Positions 9,414 to 19,413 are shown, counted from the first letter of the stretch. The stretch: 52,326 nt of DNA from Thermoplasmatota archaeon (GCA_046496795.1 JAWOGM010000001.1:1-52326); one strand, 5' to 3'. A program made the numbers and translations. Notes: generated by a model not told the origin, from the sequence alone.

Positions 9414-10493
9414 ATGAGTGATATTTACAATTTTGAAAAGAGAAAAGATGAACAAACCTTAATAAAAACAGATACAGGAAAACGTAAAAAAGAACAGTTC
9501 ATCCAACATCTGCGAGAAGGAGATGTCATCAATGATTTTTTTGCTATTAAACTAAAAAATCCTCCAAGAGCATATAAACGAGGGACATGGTTTGATATCA
9601 TCGTATCTGATAAAACAGGAGAAATCAGTATTAAATACTGGGGTGGAGATAATAAAGATAGAGTGAAACGATTATATGATAGCTTTTCAATTGGAGACGT
9701 TGTTCAGATACGATCAGGAATGGTTGAACTCTATGATGAAAAACCGCAGATATCTATTAATGAAAATACCGGAGGAATACGACGATGCAGTCCCAATGAG
9801 TATGATATAAGTGATTTTATTGCTGCTTTGGATGAACAAAAGATAAAACAGCTCTATCAGGAACTGCATGAAAATATAAAGCTCATTAAAAACCAACAGA
9901 TTAAAAACCTTCTTTCCATCTTTTTTGACGACCCCTCCTTTGTAAACGAATACACGCGTTCTCCCTCAGCAATATCTCATCATCATAATTATATCGGAGG
10001 TAATCTCGAACATAGCGTAGGCGTCCTTCGTCTCTGTAAAAATATATCTGAAATGTACCAAGGTATCGATACAGATCTGTTGATATGCGGAGCTATTCTT
10101 CATGATGTTGGAAAACTAAAAGAATATGAATATACCGCTGCGGTCGATAAAACAGATGAGGGTAATTTTATTGGACATATCGTTATTGGAGAACGATGGT
10201 TAAGAGATAAAATCTCTCAATTACGTCAGAGAGGAAGTGAGTTTTCAAAAGAACTTGAAATGCATCTACGCCATATTATTCTAAGTCATCATGGACGATA
10301 TGAGTATGGATCACCCCGGCTGCCTAAAACAGTTGAGGCTTGTATCATTCATCAAGCAGATCTCATGGATTCTCAAGTAAAACATTTTTTACAAAAACTT
10401 GATGATGCTCGTAAAGTAACTGATGATGATTGGGCATATATTTATGATTCAGATGCTGGTAAAAAAAGACCCATTTTTTTAGGTCAATATTGA
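9414..10493 (+). CDS. OB-fold + HD-domain 3'-5' exonuclease (YhaM/Cbf1 family)
   Basis: OB-fold (SDKTGEI..KYW), HHNYIGG.LEH, LHDVGK, GHIVIG, ILSHHG..EYGSP and ADLMDS motifs. Confidence 0.9.
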   Translation: MSDIYNFEKRKDEQTLIKTDTGKRKKEQFIQHLREGDVINDFFAIKLKNPPRAYKRGTWFDIIVSDKTGEISIKYWGGDNKDRVKRLYDSFSIGDVVQIRSGMVELYDEKPQISINENTGGIRRCSPNEYDISDFIAALDEQKIKQLYQELHENIKLIKNQQIKNLLSIFFDDPSFVNEYTRSPSAISHHHNYIGGNLEHSVGVLRLCKNISEMYQGIDTDLLICGAILHDVGKLKEYEYTAAVDKTDEGNFIGHIVIGERWLRDKISQLRQRGSEFSKELEMHLRHIILSHHGRYEYGSPRLPKTVEACIIHQADLMDSQVKHFLQKLDDARKVTDDDWAYIYDSDAGKKRPIFLGQY

Positions 10494-10508
10494 GAAGGTG
10501 AGAGTTCT

Positions 10509-10682
10509 ATGCAAAAAAATATGGTTGATCTACTGTGTTGCCCAACATGTAAAAACGATTTAGATCTACACATAGAAAAAGAAAGTGATGGGGAGATAAT
10601 CACAGGTTTTTTAACATGTCATAGCTGTAACTGCACATATACCATTAAAGAGGGTATTCCTAATTTATTACCACAAAAATAA
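10509..10682 (+). CDS. trm112: Trm112 methyltransferase activator (57 aa; absent from ORF track)
   Basis: Translates to MQKNMVDLLCCPTCKNDLDL..EIITGFLTCHSCNCTYTIKEGIPNLL. SD AGGTGA lies 7 nt upstream. Confidence 0.92.
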   Translation: MQKNMVDLLCCPTCKNDLDLHIEKESDGEIITGFLTCHSCNCTYTIKEGIPNLLPQK

Positions 10683-10727
10683 AAACTAAAAAAATGACTT
10701 TTTTTCATGTGGAGACAATATTTCGCA

Positions 10728-12695
10728 TCATTGTTTGAGAAATCGGTTAACATCATCCAATGGATTTTTTGATTGAACCATATCTGGTATATAATTCTTG
10801 AATTGAGATGCCCGTCTATCTAAAATGATGGCAACTCCTCTATCGTTTTCATGTCGTATAAGCCTACCAATAGATTGAAGCAATTTTCGGGCAGCAGGTG
10901 CTTTAACAGTATACTCCCATCCTTTTCCAAATTTATACTCATAATATTTTTGTAAACCCCGTTGCCGTGCAGTCGGCTTTGGATAGGGGATACCTACAAT
11001 TATTGCTATCTCAAGTTGTTCAGCTGGAAAATCCATTCCTTCGCTAATACGACCACCCATCACTGAAAAAAGTGCTGCCCCGTCACCATGTTCTGATGGA
11101 CATGATTTGAATTGTTTGACAAGATTCATAAGATCATATTGAGACATTGATCGTTCTTCAACATAAAGACCACTGTTTATCTCATCAAAATCACCCTGAT
11201 TTTGAAATAAAGAAAGCGTATTAAAACTGGGAAAACAGACCATAACATTTTTCGGAAAAGAGTTACAAATAGAGGTTATATACTTCCACATCGTTGGAAT
11301 ATTACGTTTATCTCTTGTTAAATCCTCATATCGGGTTGAAACATCAGAAACATATAAAATAAGCCTGTTTTGTTTTGAAAAAAACGAAGGATAAAACACA
11401 AGCTCAGTTTCAGTAGTAAATCCTAATGAATCACGATATTCCTCAAGGGGTTCAAGTGTCCCTGACATATGGATAGAGCAGTGAAATTGATTGATAATTT
11501 CAGTGCCAATAGATGGATCTAAACAATATGCCTCCACCCGAGGGTTTTTCCCATCAGAAGAGTCAACAATGAGTTTAACATATTGATTCATCTCAACATG
11601 CATCCAAAATTCAAGAAAAACGCCAAGTTTATAGAGATATGAACGAGGAAGCTTTCCATCTTTTTGTTGGTATTCCTTAATTTTTTCTCCATAGGCAACA
11701 AGATCAGTTATAATATCTTGTAATGCTTTACTGGTAATTTTGAGTCGAGACATAATCTCATACTCAAGTTCATGAGAGGGAATAAACGCATCATTTTTGA
11801 CATATGCTTTTGTACGTATCCCATCCTCTAAAATTCCATAGACATAGGTGTCACGTAGGCCATTTATGATTTCAATTAAAGTATTACAAAAAGTTGAGAC
11901 TTTTATTTTTCTCCCAGAGATAGTTGGATCACCAAATTTCTTGGCTTCATTTACACAGCCATTTAGCATCCACATACTTAATTGGGCAGATAATAAATCA
12001 CGTATATAATTGGGGAGATTATGAGCTTCATCAACTATTAAAATAATATCTTGTTCAGATATTGAAAGCCAGTCAAACAACATAATGCGAATCGATTTAT
12101 CAAAAACATAAACATAGGGAACGACAACAACGATTGCTTCTTTGATTAATTGTTTATTTACCTCATAGGGGCAGATGTTTTTGTGCTCACAATATTCAAT
12201 AAATTCCTCTGTTGTTGGTAGTTTTTTTTTAGTCCAATTAACAATATGATCAATTGTTTTTTTATCACCAATATAGTTCTTGTAAAAAAGACAACCTTTA
12301 TTGTTATCTGTTGCAGCTAATTTTTTTTGGTATGAACAAAATTTTGATAATTCCTCAGAATTCCCACTTGCAATGTCAGGATCCTGTCGAGCAAGAAGAC
12401 ACATATTGCTTCTTCCTTGCATACCAACACCAAAAATACGGCTATCAGAATTTTTTTGCTTAATAGATCGGAGTTCAACAATAACTTGTCGTTGTTGGGC
12501 ATTTGTACGGGTAGCATATAGTATTTTTTTATTATTTTCTAATGCATATTGCAGTGTTGCAGCCAGAGTACAGATTGTTTTTCCAGATCCTGTTCCAGAT
12601 TCAAATATTAAATGATTCCTCAATGCAAGATTTTTGCTGATGTTTTGCATTATTGTTTTTTGATTTTTTCGTAATTTATACGGAAAAAGTTCCAT
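10728..12695 (-). CDS. xpd: XPD/Rad3/DinG family Fe-S helicase
   Basis: Walker A GTGSGKT, four Fe-S Cys ending in CPYE, DEAHN, SGTL, SEGMDF and QSIGRLIR. Confidence 0.92.
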   Translation of the reverse strand: MELFPYKLRKNQKTIMQNISKNLALRNHLIFESGTGSGKTICTLAATLQYALENNKKILYATRTNAQQRQVIVELRSIKQKNSDSRIFGVGMQGRSNMCLLARQDPDIASGNSEELSKFCSYQKKLAATDNNKGCLFYKNYIGDKKTIDHIVNWTKKKLPTTEEFIEYCEHKNICPYEVNKQLIKEAIVVVVPYVYVFDKSIRIMLFDWLSISEQDIILIVDEAHNLPNYIRDLLSAQLSMWMLNGCVNEAKKFGDPTISGRKIKVSTFCNTLIEIINGLRDTYVYGILEDGIRTKAYVKNDAFIPSHELEYEIMSRLKITSKALQDIITDLVAYGEKIKEYQQKDGKLPRSYLYKLGVFLEFWMHVEMNQYVKLIVDSSDGKNPRVEAYCLDPSIGTEIINQFHCSIHMSGTLEPLEEYRDSLGFTTETELVFYPSFFSKQNRLILYVSDVSTRYEDLTRDKRNIPTMWKYITSICNSFPKNVMVCFPSFNTLSLFQNQGDFDEINSGLYVEERSMSQYDLMNLVKQFKSCPSEHGDGAALFSVMGGRISEGMDFPAEQLEIAIIVGIPYPKPTARQRGLQKYYEYKFGKGWEYTVKAPAARKLLQSIGRLIRHENDRGVAIILDRRASQFKNYIPDMVQSKNPLDDVNRFLKQ

Positions 12696-12784
12696 GCATT
12701 CAAGGAATAGAAAAAGTGGTACATAGCTTTGTTGGAGATAGTATTAAAACTATTTAAGAGAGGGGTTCTATTTAACATGGTTCG

Positions 12785-13630
12785 ATGAAAAAACCACCAA
12801 TAATTGTGATTAAAAATAAATTAGGTACAACTATTCCTGCTTCGCTGTTGCATTGTCTTCCAGAAAAATGGGAAAAAATTGGCGATGTACTTATAGTAAA
12901 ATTAGATAAGAATCTCTTGAAATACAAGGAAAGTATTGGAAAAATATATGCTGAGGTTTTACAGATAAAAACGGTTTTGCATGATAAAGGTGGCATCGAA
13001 GGGATTTATCGAAAACCCTGTGTTGAAATTGTATATGGTTTGCCAGATACCCAGACAATTCATAAAGAAAACAATGTTTTATACAAACTAGATCCTCAAC
13101 AGATTATGTTTTCCTCTGGTAATATGGATGAGAGAAAACGGATGGCGACAATCTCAAAGAGTGATGAAGTCGTTGTTGATTTGTTTGCAGGTATTGGCTA
13201 TTTTAGCTTACCTCTTGCCGTATACAGTAGACCTCTGAAGATATATGCTTGTGAGATAAATCCAGTTTCCTATAATTTTTTATGTGATAATATTGTATTA
13301 AATCATGTGACAGAACTAGTTAGTCCACTTCTTGGCGATAATCAACAAACTGCTCCTAAAGCTATTGCAGACAGAATTATTATGGGATATTTGCATGAAA
13401 CATATTATTTTTTACCACTTGCATTTGATTGTTTAAAAAAACAGGGAGGAATTATTCACTATCATACATTATCTTCTAAAAAAAACAGCGTTGAAGATAT
13501 TTTTCACAGTGTTAATAAAATTGGTGTATCTCATCAGCAATATCTAACTCTTATAAGTAATAATGCCATTAAATCTTACGCGCCTGGTATTAATCATATT
13601 GTATTGGATATACGAGTGGAATCAAAATGA
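12785..13630 (+). CDS. taw2: tRNA wyosine aminocarboxypropyltransferase Taw2/TYW2 (Trm5/Met-10+ family)
   Basis: HKEN...LD, MFSSGN..ER, DLFAGIGYF. DRIIMGY is Taw2-type rather than Trm5 MNLP, and there is no D1 domain. Confidence 0.78.
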   Translation: MKKPPIIVIKNKLGTTIPASLLHCLPEKWEKIGDVLIVKLDKNLLKYKESIGKIYAEVLQIKTVLHDKGGIEGIYRKPCVEIVYGLPDTQTIHKENNVLYKLDPQQIMFSSGNMDERKRMATISKSDEVVVDLFAGIGYFSLPLAVYSRPLKIYACEINPVSYNFLCDNIVLNHVTELVSPLLGDNQQTAPKAIADRIIMGYLHETYYFLPLAFDCLKKQGGIIHYHTLSSKKNSVEDIFHSVNKIGVSHQQYLTLISNNAIKSYAPGINHIVLDIRVESK

Positions 13631-14139
13631 AAAAAATAGATTTGTTTGTCTATCATGCCAATGAGGATGATCCAAAGAAATGCAGCGCAAAAAAAATGCA
13701 GAGATTTCATCTTGTTAGATTAGAGAAAAATATTAAAAAAATTCCAAGAAATACTATTTTATTACATCCATATGCAGAGAAAAGTCTGTCAAGGGAGGAT
13801 TATCCTTTGGCATTAAAGCACGGGATTCTTGCTGTTGATTGTTCATGGAAACATGCAGAAAAAGCATTTGAATATCTGGATTCGTTGAATCATTCTCGAT
13901 CATTACCATTTCTTGTCGCTGCAAACCCTGTAAATTATGGAAAAGCGTTTATGTTATCTACCTTGGAAGCGTTTGCCGCTGCATTATATATTCTTGGTGA
14001 GACGGATCATGCAAAGCAAATCTTACAGATATATAAATGGGCTCCCCATTTTTTAACCTTAAATAAAGAACCATTACAGGATTATCAATCGGCAAAAAAT
14101 AGTATGGAAATTATAGAAAAAATGAATCAATATTTATAA
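13627..14139 (+). CDS. tsr3: 16S rRNA aminocarboxypropyltransferase Tsr3 (DUF367)
   Basis: DDPKKCSAKK, DCSW, RSLPFLVAANPVNYGK, LSTLEA and W..FL.LN motifs. Confidence 0.95.
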   Translation: MKKIDLFVYHANEDDPKKCSAKKMQRFHLVRLEKNIKKIPRNTILLHPYAEKSLSREDYPLALKHGILAVDCSWKHAEKAFEYLDSLNHSRSLPFLVAANPVNYGKAFMLSTLEAFAAALYILGETDHAKQILQIYKWAPHFLTLNKEPLQDYQSAKNSMEIIEKMNQYL

Positions 14140-14208
14140 AAAAAAATGAAAAAGCTAAAGTATGCAGATGTTCTCTGATTATTTAACCTAAACGTTTTTT
14201 ATGATATA

Positions 14209-16107
14209 TTAATGCAATCCAATTGATTTTAAGAGATAGGTAAGGAATGGATAATGCTGTAAATTTCTGAGTATAAAGGGATTAACAAAAGCATTTTTTG
14301 TGACAGGCATTTCTATTTCTAGATATCCCCACTCGCTTTCTGCATCATAGATATCTTTTGCTTTAGCCTTAATGGTATAGATTCCTTGTTCATCCCATTG
14401 ATGATTAATGATTATTTGTTGTCCAGAAACATAGGGACCTATCCAGTCTTCTACTGTTCCATCCCCCCAATCAATATAATAAAAGATAAAATCATTGTCC
14501 GGGTCAGTTGATTCAAATGTATATTTGTAAGCAGAACCTGCTTTTCCAGAAGTAGGACCATTAATAATTGGAATTGTAGGATTGTCATTGATTATCTGCA
14601 AGGGAATATCAAGTATTTCTGCACTATCAAGAGTAACTTGTACGCTGTGTTGTTGAGTAATATAACCTTCTGCTGAAAATTCTAGAGTATATTCGCCAGG
14701 AGGAAGAAAGAGATGATACCGCCCAAATGAGGGTTCACTGTAGAATTCTTCGTCATTTTCAAAATTAACATCTAAAATTGTTATAGGAACAACTAATGCC
14801 TCACCAGTATATGCATCATACACATTTCCACTCACAGAGATTGGTCTTTGCAAAAGCCAAAGAATTGATGGAAATATTTGTACAGCTTCTGCATATGCAC
14901 TTGCATAACTAGGTTGAAATGTAGTATGCGTTTCCATAAGATTTGCATATGTTCCATTATTTGCTATTTGCCATTGATAATGTTCACCTTCAGCACTGGC
15001 AGTTCGCACATTTCCATTATATCCCGCTGCATAGGATTGAGCGATTGCTTCATCCTTAAAAAAAGGATGAAAAGGATGATTATGACAAGAAGGATGATAT
15101 CCATAAAGAACTTCGCGGCCGTAGGAATGATAATCAATTACCTTTGCAAAGTATCTATCATTAGAAAATGGTATCATTGTTTGTGTCTCAGCTTCAGATG
15201 AAGGAGAAGGCCCTTTGTATGTTTCAGAAGTAGGACTGGTACTTCCAGAGCAAGATCCATACCAGCCAAAATCATAATTTCGGTTTAAATCAACACCATA
15301 TGATCCATATTGAGGGAAGTATTGTCTGTTTTTTCTCCACATGTTATTGACATTGAATACATACTCATACCCATCAGGGTTCCAAACCGGAGAAATCCAG
15401 ATTTCATATTCATTGACAAGACTAGTGATTAAAGGATCAGCTCCATAATTTGTAGTAAGCTGTTCAATGGCATATAATGCAATGACAGGGGTTACAATCT
15501 CCCGAGCATGATGACAGCTGACAAGAAGAGCAGTGGGTTTATCTTCATCAGAGTTAACATTGCTTGAAATTTTCACAGCATAAATATGTCTGTTTTCATA
15601 TGTTGGAGCAACATTGTATTCTGTGGTGAGATCAACAACTTTACAAATAGTAGGATAAGAATATTCAGCGTTATACATCTCTGAGTATATCTCATCAAGA
15701 TCAGGATATCCTGGAGGGGATAAATCTTCACCCTGTAAACGTTCTTCTTGTATTTCTCTGAAAGGACGGCTTGTTTCTAAGATAATAGGATTATAGAAAT
15801 TTTCTTCCAGCAGATTATATTCATAAGAATTAACAATTAATTCAATAGAATTCTGTGTTTTAGTTTTCCATAGCACATCATATCCCTGGCTTTCTAAGGT
15901 ATATGCCACTCTATCAATTTCTGAAGATTGCAGAGAAATATGATAGGATACCTCGTCGGGTTGAGAAGGTTGCATCTCATTAGTATTTGTAGATAGCCAA
16001 AGAATTTGGTTTGTATCTATGGCATTTGTAAAACTTGTAAAAACCAAAAATAAAACAACCATACTGGCAGTAACTAAAGCTTTGTTTGTAATTGATTTTT
16101 TTTTCAT
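14209..16107 (-). CDS. Secreted M14 zinc carboxypeptidase with regulatory-like and PKD domains
   Basis: Signal peptide, HHARE, WRKN, GVDLNRNY and DYHSY motifs, a beta-sandwich domain, then PKD (IDWGDG..HQW...GIY.I). Confidence 0.92.
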   Translation of the reverse strand: MKKKSITNKALVTASMVVLFLVFTSFTNAIDTNQILWLSTNTNEMQPSQPDEVSYHISLQSSEIDRVAYTLESQGYDVLWKTKTQNSIELIVNSYEYNLLEENFYNPIILETSRPFREIQEERLQGEDLSPPGYPDLDEIYSEMYNAEYSYPTICKVVDLTTEYNVAPTYENRHIYAVKISSNVNSDEDKPTALLVSCHHAREIVTPVIALYAIEQLTTNYGADPLITSLVNEYEIWISPVWNPDGYEYVFNVNNMWRKNRQYFPQYGSYGVDLNRNYDFGWYGSCSGSTSPTSETYKGPSPSSEAETQTMIPFSNDRYFAKVIDYHSYGREVLYGYHPSCHNHPFHPFFKDEAIAQSYAAGYNGNVRTASAEGEHYQWQIANNGTYANLMETHTTFQPSYASAYAEAVQIFPSILWLLQRPISVSGNVYDAYTGEALVVPITILDVNFENDEEFYSEPSFGRYHLFLPPGEYTLEFSAEGYITQQHSVQVTLDSAEILDIPLQIINDNPTIPIINGPTSGKAGSAYKYTFESTDPDNDFIFYYIDWGDGTVEDWIGPYVSGQQIIINHQWDEQGIYTIKAKAKDIYDAESEWGYLEIEMPVTKNAFVNPFILRNLQHYPFLTYLLKSIGLH

Positions 16108-16290
16108 ATTATCCCCTAAATATCTCTATATAAATAGATAATCAAGGATGGTATATAAATATATCCATGAGTTTGGTATAATTAAAAAAAATCAATGAGT
16201 TATTCATCATTGTTATGGTTACACATTATGTTTAAGTAATCATAGACAATGTCATATGTATTTGGTAGTAACTAAGAGAGTGAAGGAAGT

Positions 16291-17685
16291 ATGAGACAGG
16301 ATTTAACAGCATTTTTCAAACCAAAAAGTATTGCTGTTGTTGGTGCCTCTAAAAATTCAACAAAAATTGGCCATGCAACATTAAAAAATATACTGATTTC
16401 AGATTATTATTGTAAGATATACCCCATCAACCCTCATGAAAAGCAAATATTAGGGCTAAAATGCTATAAAACATTAAGCGATGTTCCTGGGAAAATTGAT
16501 CTTGTTGTTGTATCAGTTCCTGCAAAATATGTAGCAGACATTATTAGACAGGCAACACAAAAAAATATTAAAAATGCTATCATTATTTCTTCAGGTTTTA
16601 GTGAAATTGGAGAACATAAATCTGAAAAAGAAATAAAAACAATTGCTGAAAAAGCTGGTATGAGAATTTTAGGTCCCAACACTATGGGCTACAAAAACGC
16701 ATCTGATGGTCTTGACGCATCCTTTGTATTTGGGGTCCCTAGAAAAGGAAATCTTGCGTTAATAAGCCAGAGTGGTGCTCTGGGAATAGGCATGATATAT
16801 CTGGCAAATAATGAGTATGTTGGTGTATCAAAAATTATTGGAGTTGGAAATAAACTCGACATTGACGATGATGACCTCATTGACTATTTTAGCAATGATC
16901 CCGAGACAAAAGTGGTTGGGTTATATATTGAAGCAGTAAAAGATGGAAGAGCGTTTATGAACAGTATTAAAGCATGTGATAAACCTGTTCTTGTTGTTAA
17001 AGCAGGTCGAAGTTCTGCTGGGGCGAGAGCAACAGCATCACATACCGGTTCAATGGCAGGCAGTGATAGGATTTATGGTGCAGCAATTAAACAAGCAGGA
17101 GGAATACGATGTAGAGATCTTGTTGAAATGTTTGATATGGCTCGTGCCCTTGCAGGACAACCACCTGCACAAGGTAATCGTATTGGAATTATTACAAACG
17201 GAGGAGGGCTTGGGATTCTTCTCTCCGATGCCTGTGAAGAAAATGGTTTAACAATACCAAAACTATCAAAAAAAACCTATCAAAAAATAGATAAAATTCT
17301 TCCTGACATTGTAAAACCAAACAATCCTGTTGATCTTATCGGTGACGCAGGCTTTTATCGCTATGAGTCCTGCACAAGTGCGTTATTGGAAGATCCAAAT
17401 ATTGATGGTGTTATTGTTGCATCAGTACATGGCGGGTATGCAAGACCTCGGGAGTTTACAGGAGCAATTCTTAAAATGATTAGAGAGCGTAAACTTCATG
17501 AGGAATATAAAAAACCCATCCTTGCAACTTGGGTTGGAGGCAAAGAATTTGAAGATTTAGTATTTGATCTCAAAACAGCAGGAGTGCCTATCTATCCCTC
17601 TTCGTGGAGAACTGCACGTTCAATGATGGCATTGTATTTAGAAGGCGAACGGATAAAAAGAGAAAGAAAAGAAAAAAAGAATTAG
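16291..17685 (+). CDS. acdA: Acetate/acyl-CoA ligase (ADP-forming) alpha subunit
   Basis: PKSIAVVGAS, GPNT.G, SQSGALG, phospho-His SHTGS, TNGGG.G and NPVD motifs. Confidence 0.9.
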   Translation: MRQDLTAFFKPKSIAVVGASKNSTKIGHATLKNILISDYYCKIYPINPHEKQILGLKCYKTLSDVPGKIDLVVVSVPAKYVADIIRQATQKNIKNAIIISSGFSEIGEHKSEKEIKTIAEKAGMRILGPNTMGYKNASDGLDASFVFGVPRKGNLALISQSGALGIGMIYLANNEYVGVSKIIGVGNKLDIDDDDLIDYFSNDPETKVVGLYIEAVKDGRAFMNSIKACDKPVLVVKAGRSSAGARATASHTGSMAGSDRIYGAAIKQAGGIRCRDLVEMFDMARALAGQPPAQGNRIGIITNGGGLGILLSDACEENGLTIPKLSKKTYQKIDKILPDIVKPNNPVDLIGDAGFYRYESCTSALLEDPNIDGVIVASVHGGYARPREFTGAILKMIRERKLHEEYKKPILATWVGGKEFEDLVFDLKTAGVPIYPSSWRTARSMMALYLEGERIKRERKEKKN

Positions 17686-18017
17686 TCTACCCAGTCGACA
17701 CCAAGAACGTTTTTCCAATCTGGTTTTGAATGTTTCCATTGCTGAGCAGTTTGTTGTGATAAACATTTCTTACATAAACCAACAATATGGAAATAACAAG
17801 TATTACACACAAAATTTTCACACTTTATACAAACATTTTTTGCCATCTTAGTACCACAGACCTGGCATGTTCCATGTGGTTTTTTTTCTTTGAGATGTAT
17901 AGAAATTTTTTTTTGAAATTTTGCTTGATCCTCTTGACTTATCCATTGATATAGATCATCATTCATTATTTTTTTTTCTTTATTTGTTGTTTTAGTATCT
18001 GTTGATTTCTCTTGCAT
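17682..18017 (-). CDS. Cys-rich small protein with four CxxC (B-box-like zinc binding)
   Basis: CQVC-x8-CIKC-x4-CNTC-x7-CKKC. Confidence 0.7.
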   Translation of the reverse strand: MQEKSTDTKTTNKEKKIMNDDLYQWISQEDQAKFQKKISIHLKEKKPHGTCQVCGTKMAKNVCIKCENFVCNTCYFHIVGLCKKCLSQQTAQQWKHSKPDWKNVLGVDWVD

Positions 18018-18054
18018 ATTCTCTCGCTTATTTTATATATAGAATCTCAAACTT

Positions 18055-18645
18055 TTATTTCTTTGCATTACGTTGTATTTTATGCAGATAGTTTGCTGAA
18101 AGATGAAAAAAAGGTGTTATTACAAGCAAAACAAGTATATGCCACGGATAAAGATTTATGATAAACCAGTTTGTATCAGATAAACCAGTCCAATGTAGTA
18201 TACTGCTCATGAAAAAGCTAAAGAATAATACTCCCAGGATGAAATCTATTTGGTCAAAAGGTATGAGATCTTCTCCTCGTTCTTTTCCCAATCTTCGTTT
18301 AAAAAAACTTTCGATAATATCTCCAAGCAAGGCACCAAAACAAATGGAAAAAATAAGAGGAATCATCAAAGGAAATCCATAGAAATTAGTCAGATTTAAG
18401 GATGAAAATTTCGTAGTATTGATATAGGACGCTGCTACAACAAGGACAAATCCTGAAATCATTCCAATAAAGGTTCCAAACAGTAATCCCTGCCATGTTT
18501 TTCCATCACCAAGAAGTCGTCTTCCATCCCGCCATGTTTTACCAAAATCAATTGGTGTGCCACTGCCTACAAAAACAGCACTAGCATTAGCAATATAGGC
18601 AGGAATGATAATCCAAAGTGCTTGTAGAAAGATTTCATACAGCAT
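18055..18645 (-). CDS. carS: CDP-archaeol synthase
   Basis: PAYIAN, PIDFG..W.DGRRLLGDGKTW.G, GDIIESFFKRR and DQIDF motifs. Confidence 0.95.
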   Translation of the reverse strand: MLYEIFLQALWIIIPAYIANASAVFVGSGTPIDFGKTWRDGRRLLGDGKTWQGLLFGTFIGMISGFVLVVAASYINTTKFSSLNLTNFYGFPLMIPLIFSICFGALLGDIIESFFKRRLGKERGEDLIPFDQIDFILGVLFFSFFMSSILHWTGLSDTNWFIINLYPWHILVLLVITPFFHLSANYLHKIQRNAKK

Positions 18646-18695
18646 TTCAACAGGAAATAAAGTTTTGCTATAAAAACAATGTTAAAAAAAAACAT

Positions 18696-19202
18696 CTACT
18701 CTAGTTTTCGTGTGATTTTTAAACCAGTGTAGTCAAATCTATTTGATCGTTTCACAAGAGCCTTAAGGGCTGTGTTTGAAATTTTAAAGTTTTCGGATAC
18801 TTTATTTCCAAAGGTTCCATTTTCACCAATGAAGTCGTATATTTTTTCTTCAAGTTTTTTAAACCCTTTTTCATCTAGGGATGAGATGTTAAATATCTCA
18901 CTGATTTCGTTGACAGGGCAAGATATGTTTATATTAAAGATTGAGTAAAATGATCGATACATCTTTTGAGGTTTTCCATCTATTCCTTCATCAGGCATTG
19001 TCCATTTTGTTTCAGCAAGCTTCATTTTATCAAATAGTTCAAGTGCTTTTTGACCTTCATTGCCAAATTTATCAATTATCATGCTTGTTGGTATCCAATC
19101 CCTTGAAATTTCTGTAAAAACTTCCTTTTTGACTGGGGTATCAAATGCTCTCATAATTGAGACAAGATCTGCTGAATCATTAATGACTTTTGTTCTAATC
19201 AT
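18696..19202 (-). CDS. Conserved euryarchaeal wHTH protein (archaeal 'ArsR' family)
   Basis: The N-terminus RTKVIND..DLV...RAF and the ETKW...GKP.K.Y motif resemble a conserved archaeal family, recalled from memory only. Confidence 0.6.
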   Translation of the reverse strand: MIRTKVINDSADLVSIMRAFDTPVKKEVFTEISRDWIPTSMIIDKFGNEGQKALELFDKMKLAETKWTMPDEGIDGKPQKMYRSFYSIFNINISCPVNEISEIFNISSLDEKGFKKLEEKIYDFIGENGTFGNKVSENFKISNTALKALVKRSNRFDYTGLKITRKLE

Positions 19203-19341
19203 ATTACGACCATCAACTATTTATATTATCAATCAGTACAACAGGTTTTCCCATATTTATATTTTTTGTATATGTTAATTTTTATTAATATAATAATATA
19301 TTATAATTTAGGGCTTATGTTTTAAAAAGCTTTAAAAAAAA

Positions 19342-19413
19342 TGGACTCGTCGGGATTTGAACCCGAGGCCTCTTCCATGCCAAGGAAGCGATCTTCCGCT
19401 GATCTACGAGCCC
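19342..19413 (-). tRNA. tRNA-Ala(GGC)
   Basis: GGGCTCG..CGAGTCC-A acceptor with G3:U70, anticodon arm CTTCC-TTGGCAT-GGAAG, T-loop GTTCAAATC; CCA not encoded. Confidence 0.97.

Noticed and set aside
10491-10511. YhaM TGA stop is in frame with trm112, suggesting readthrough or selenocysteine fusion
   Set aside because: trm112 has its own strong SD (AGGTGA), the TGA is not at a catalytic Cys position, and in-frame spacing has a 1-in-3 chance.
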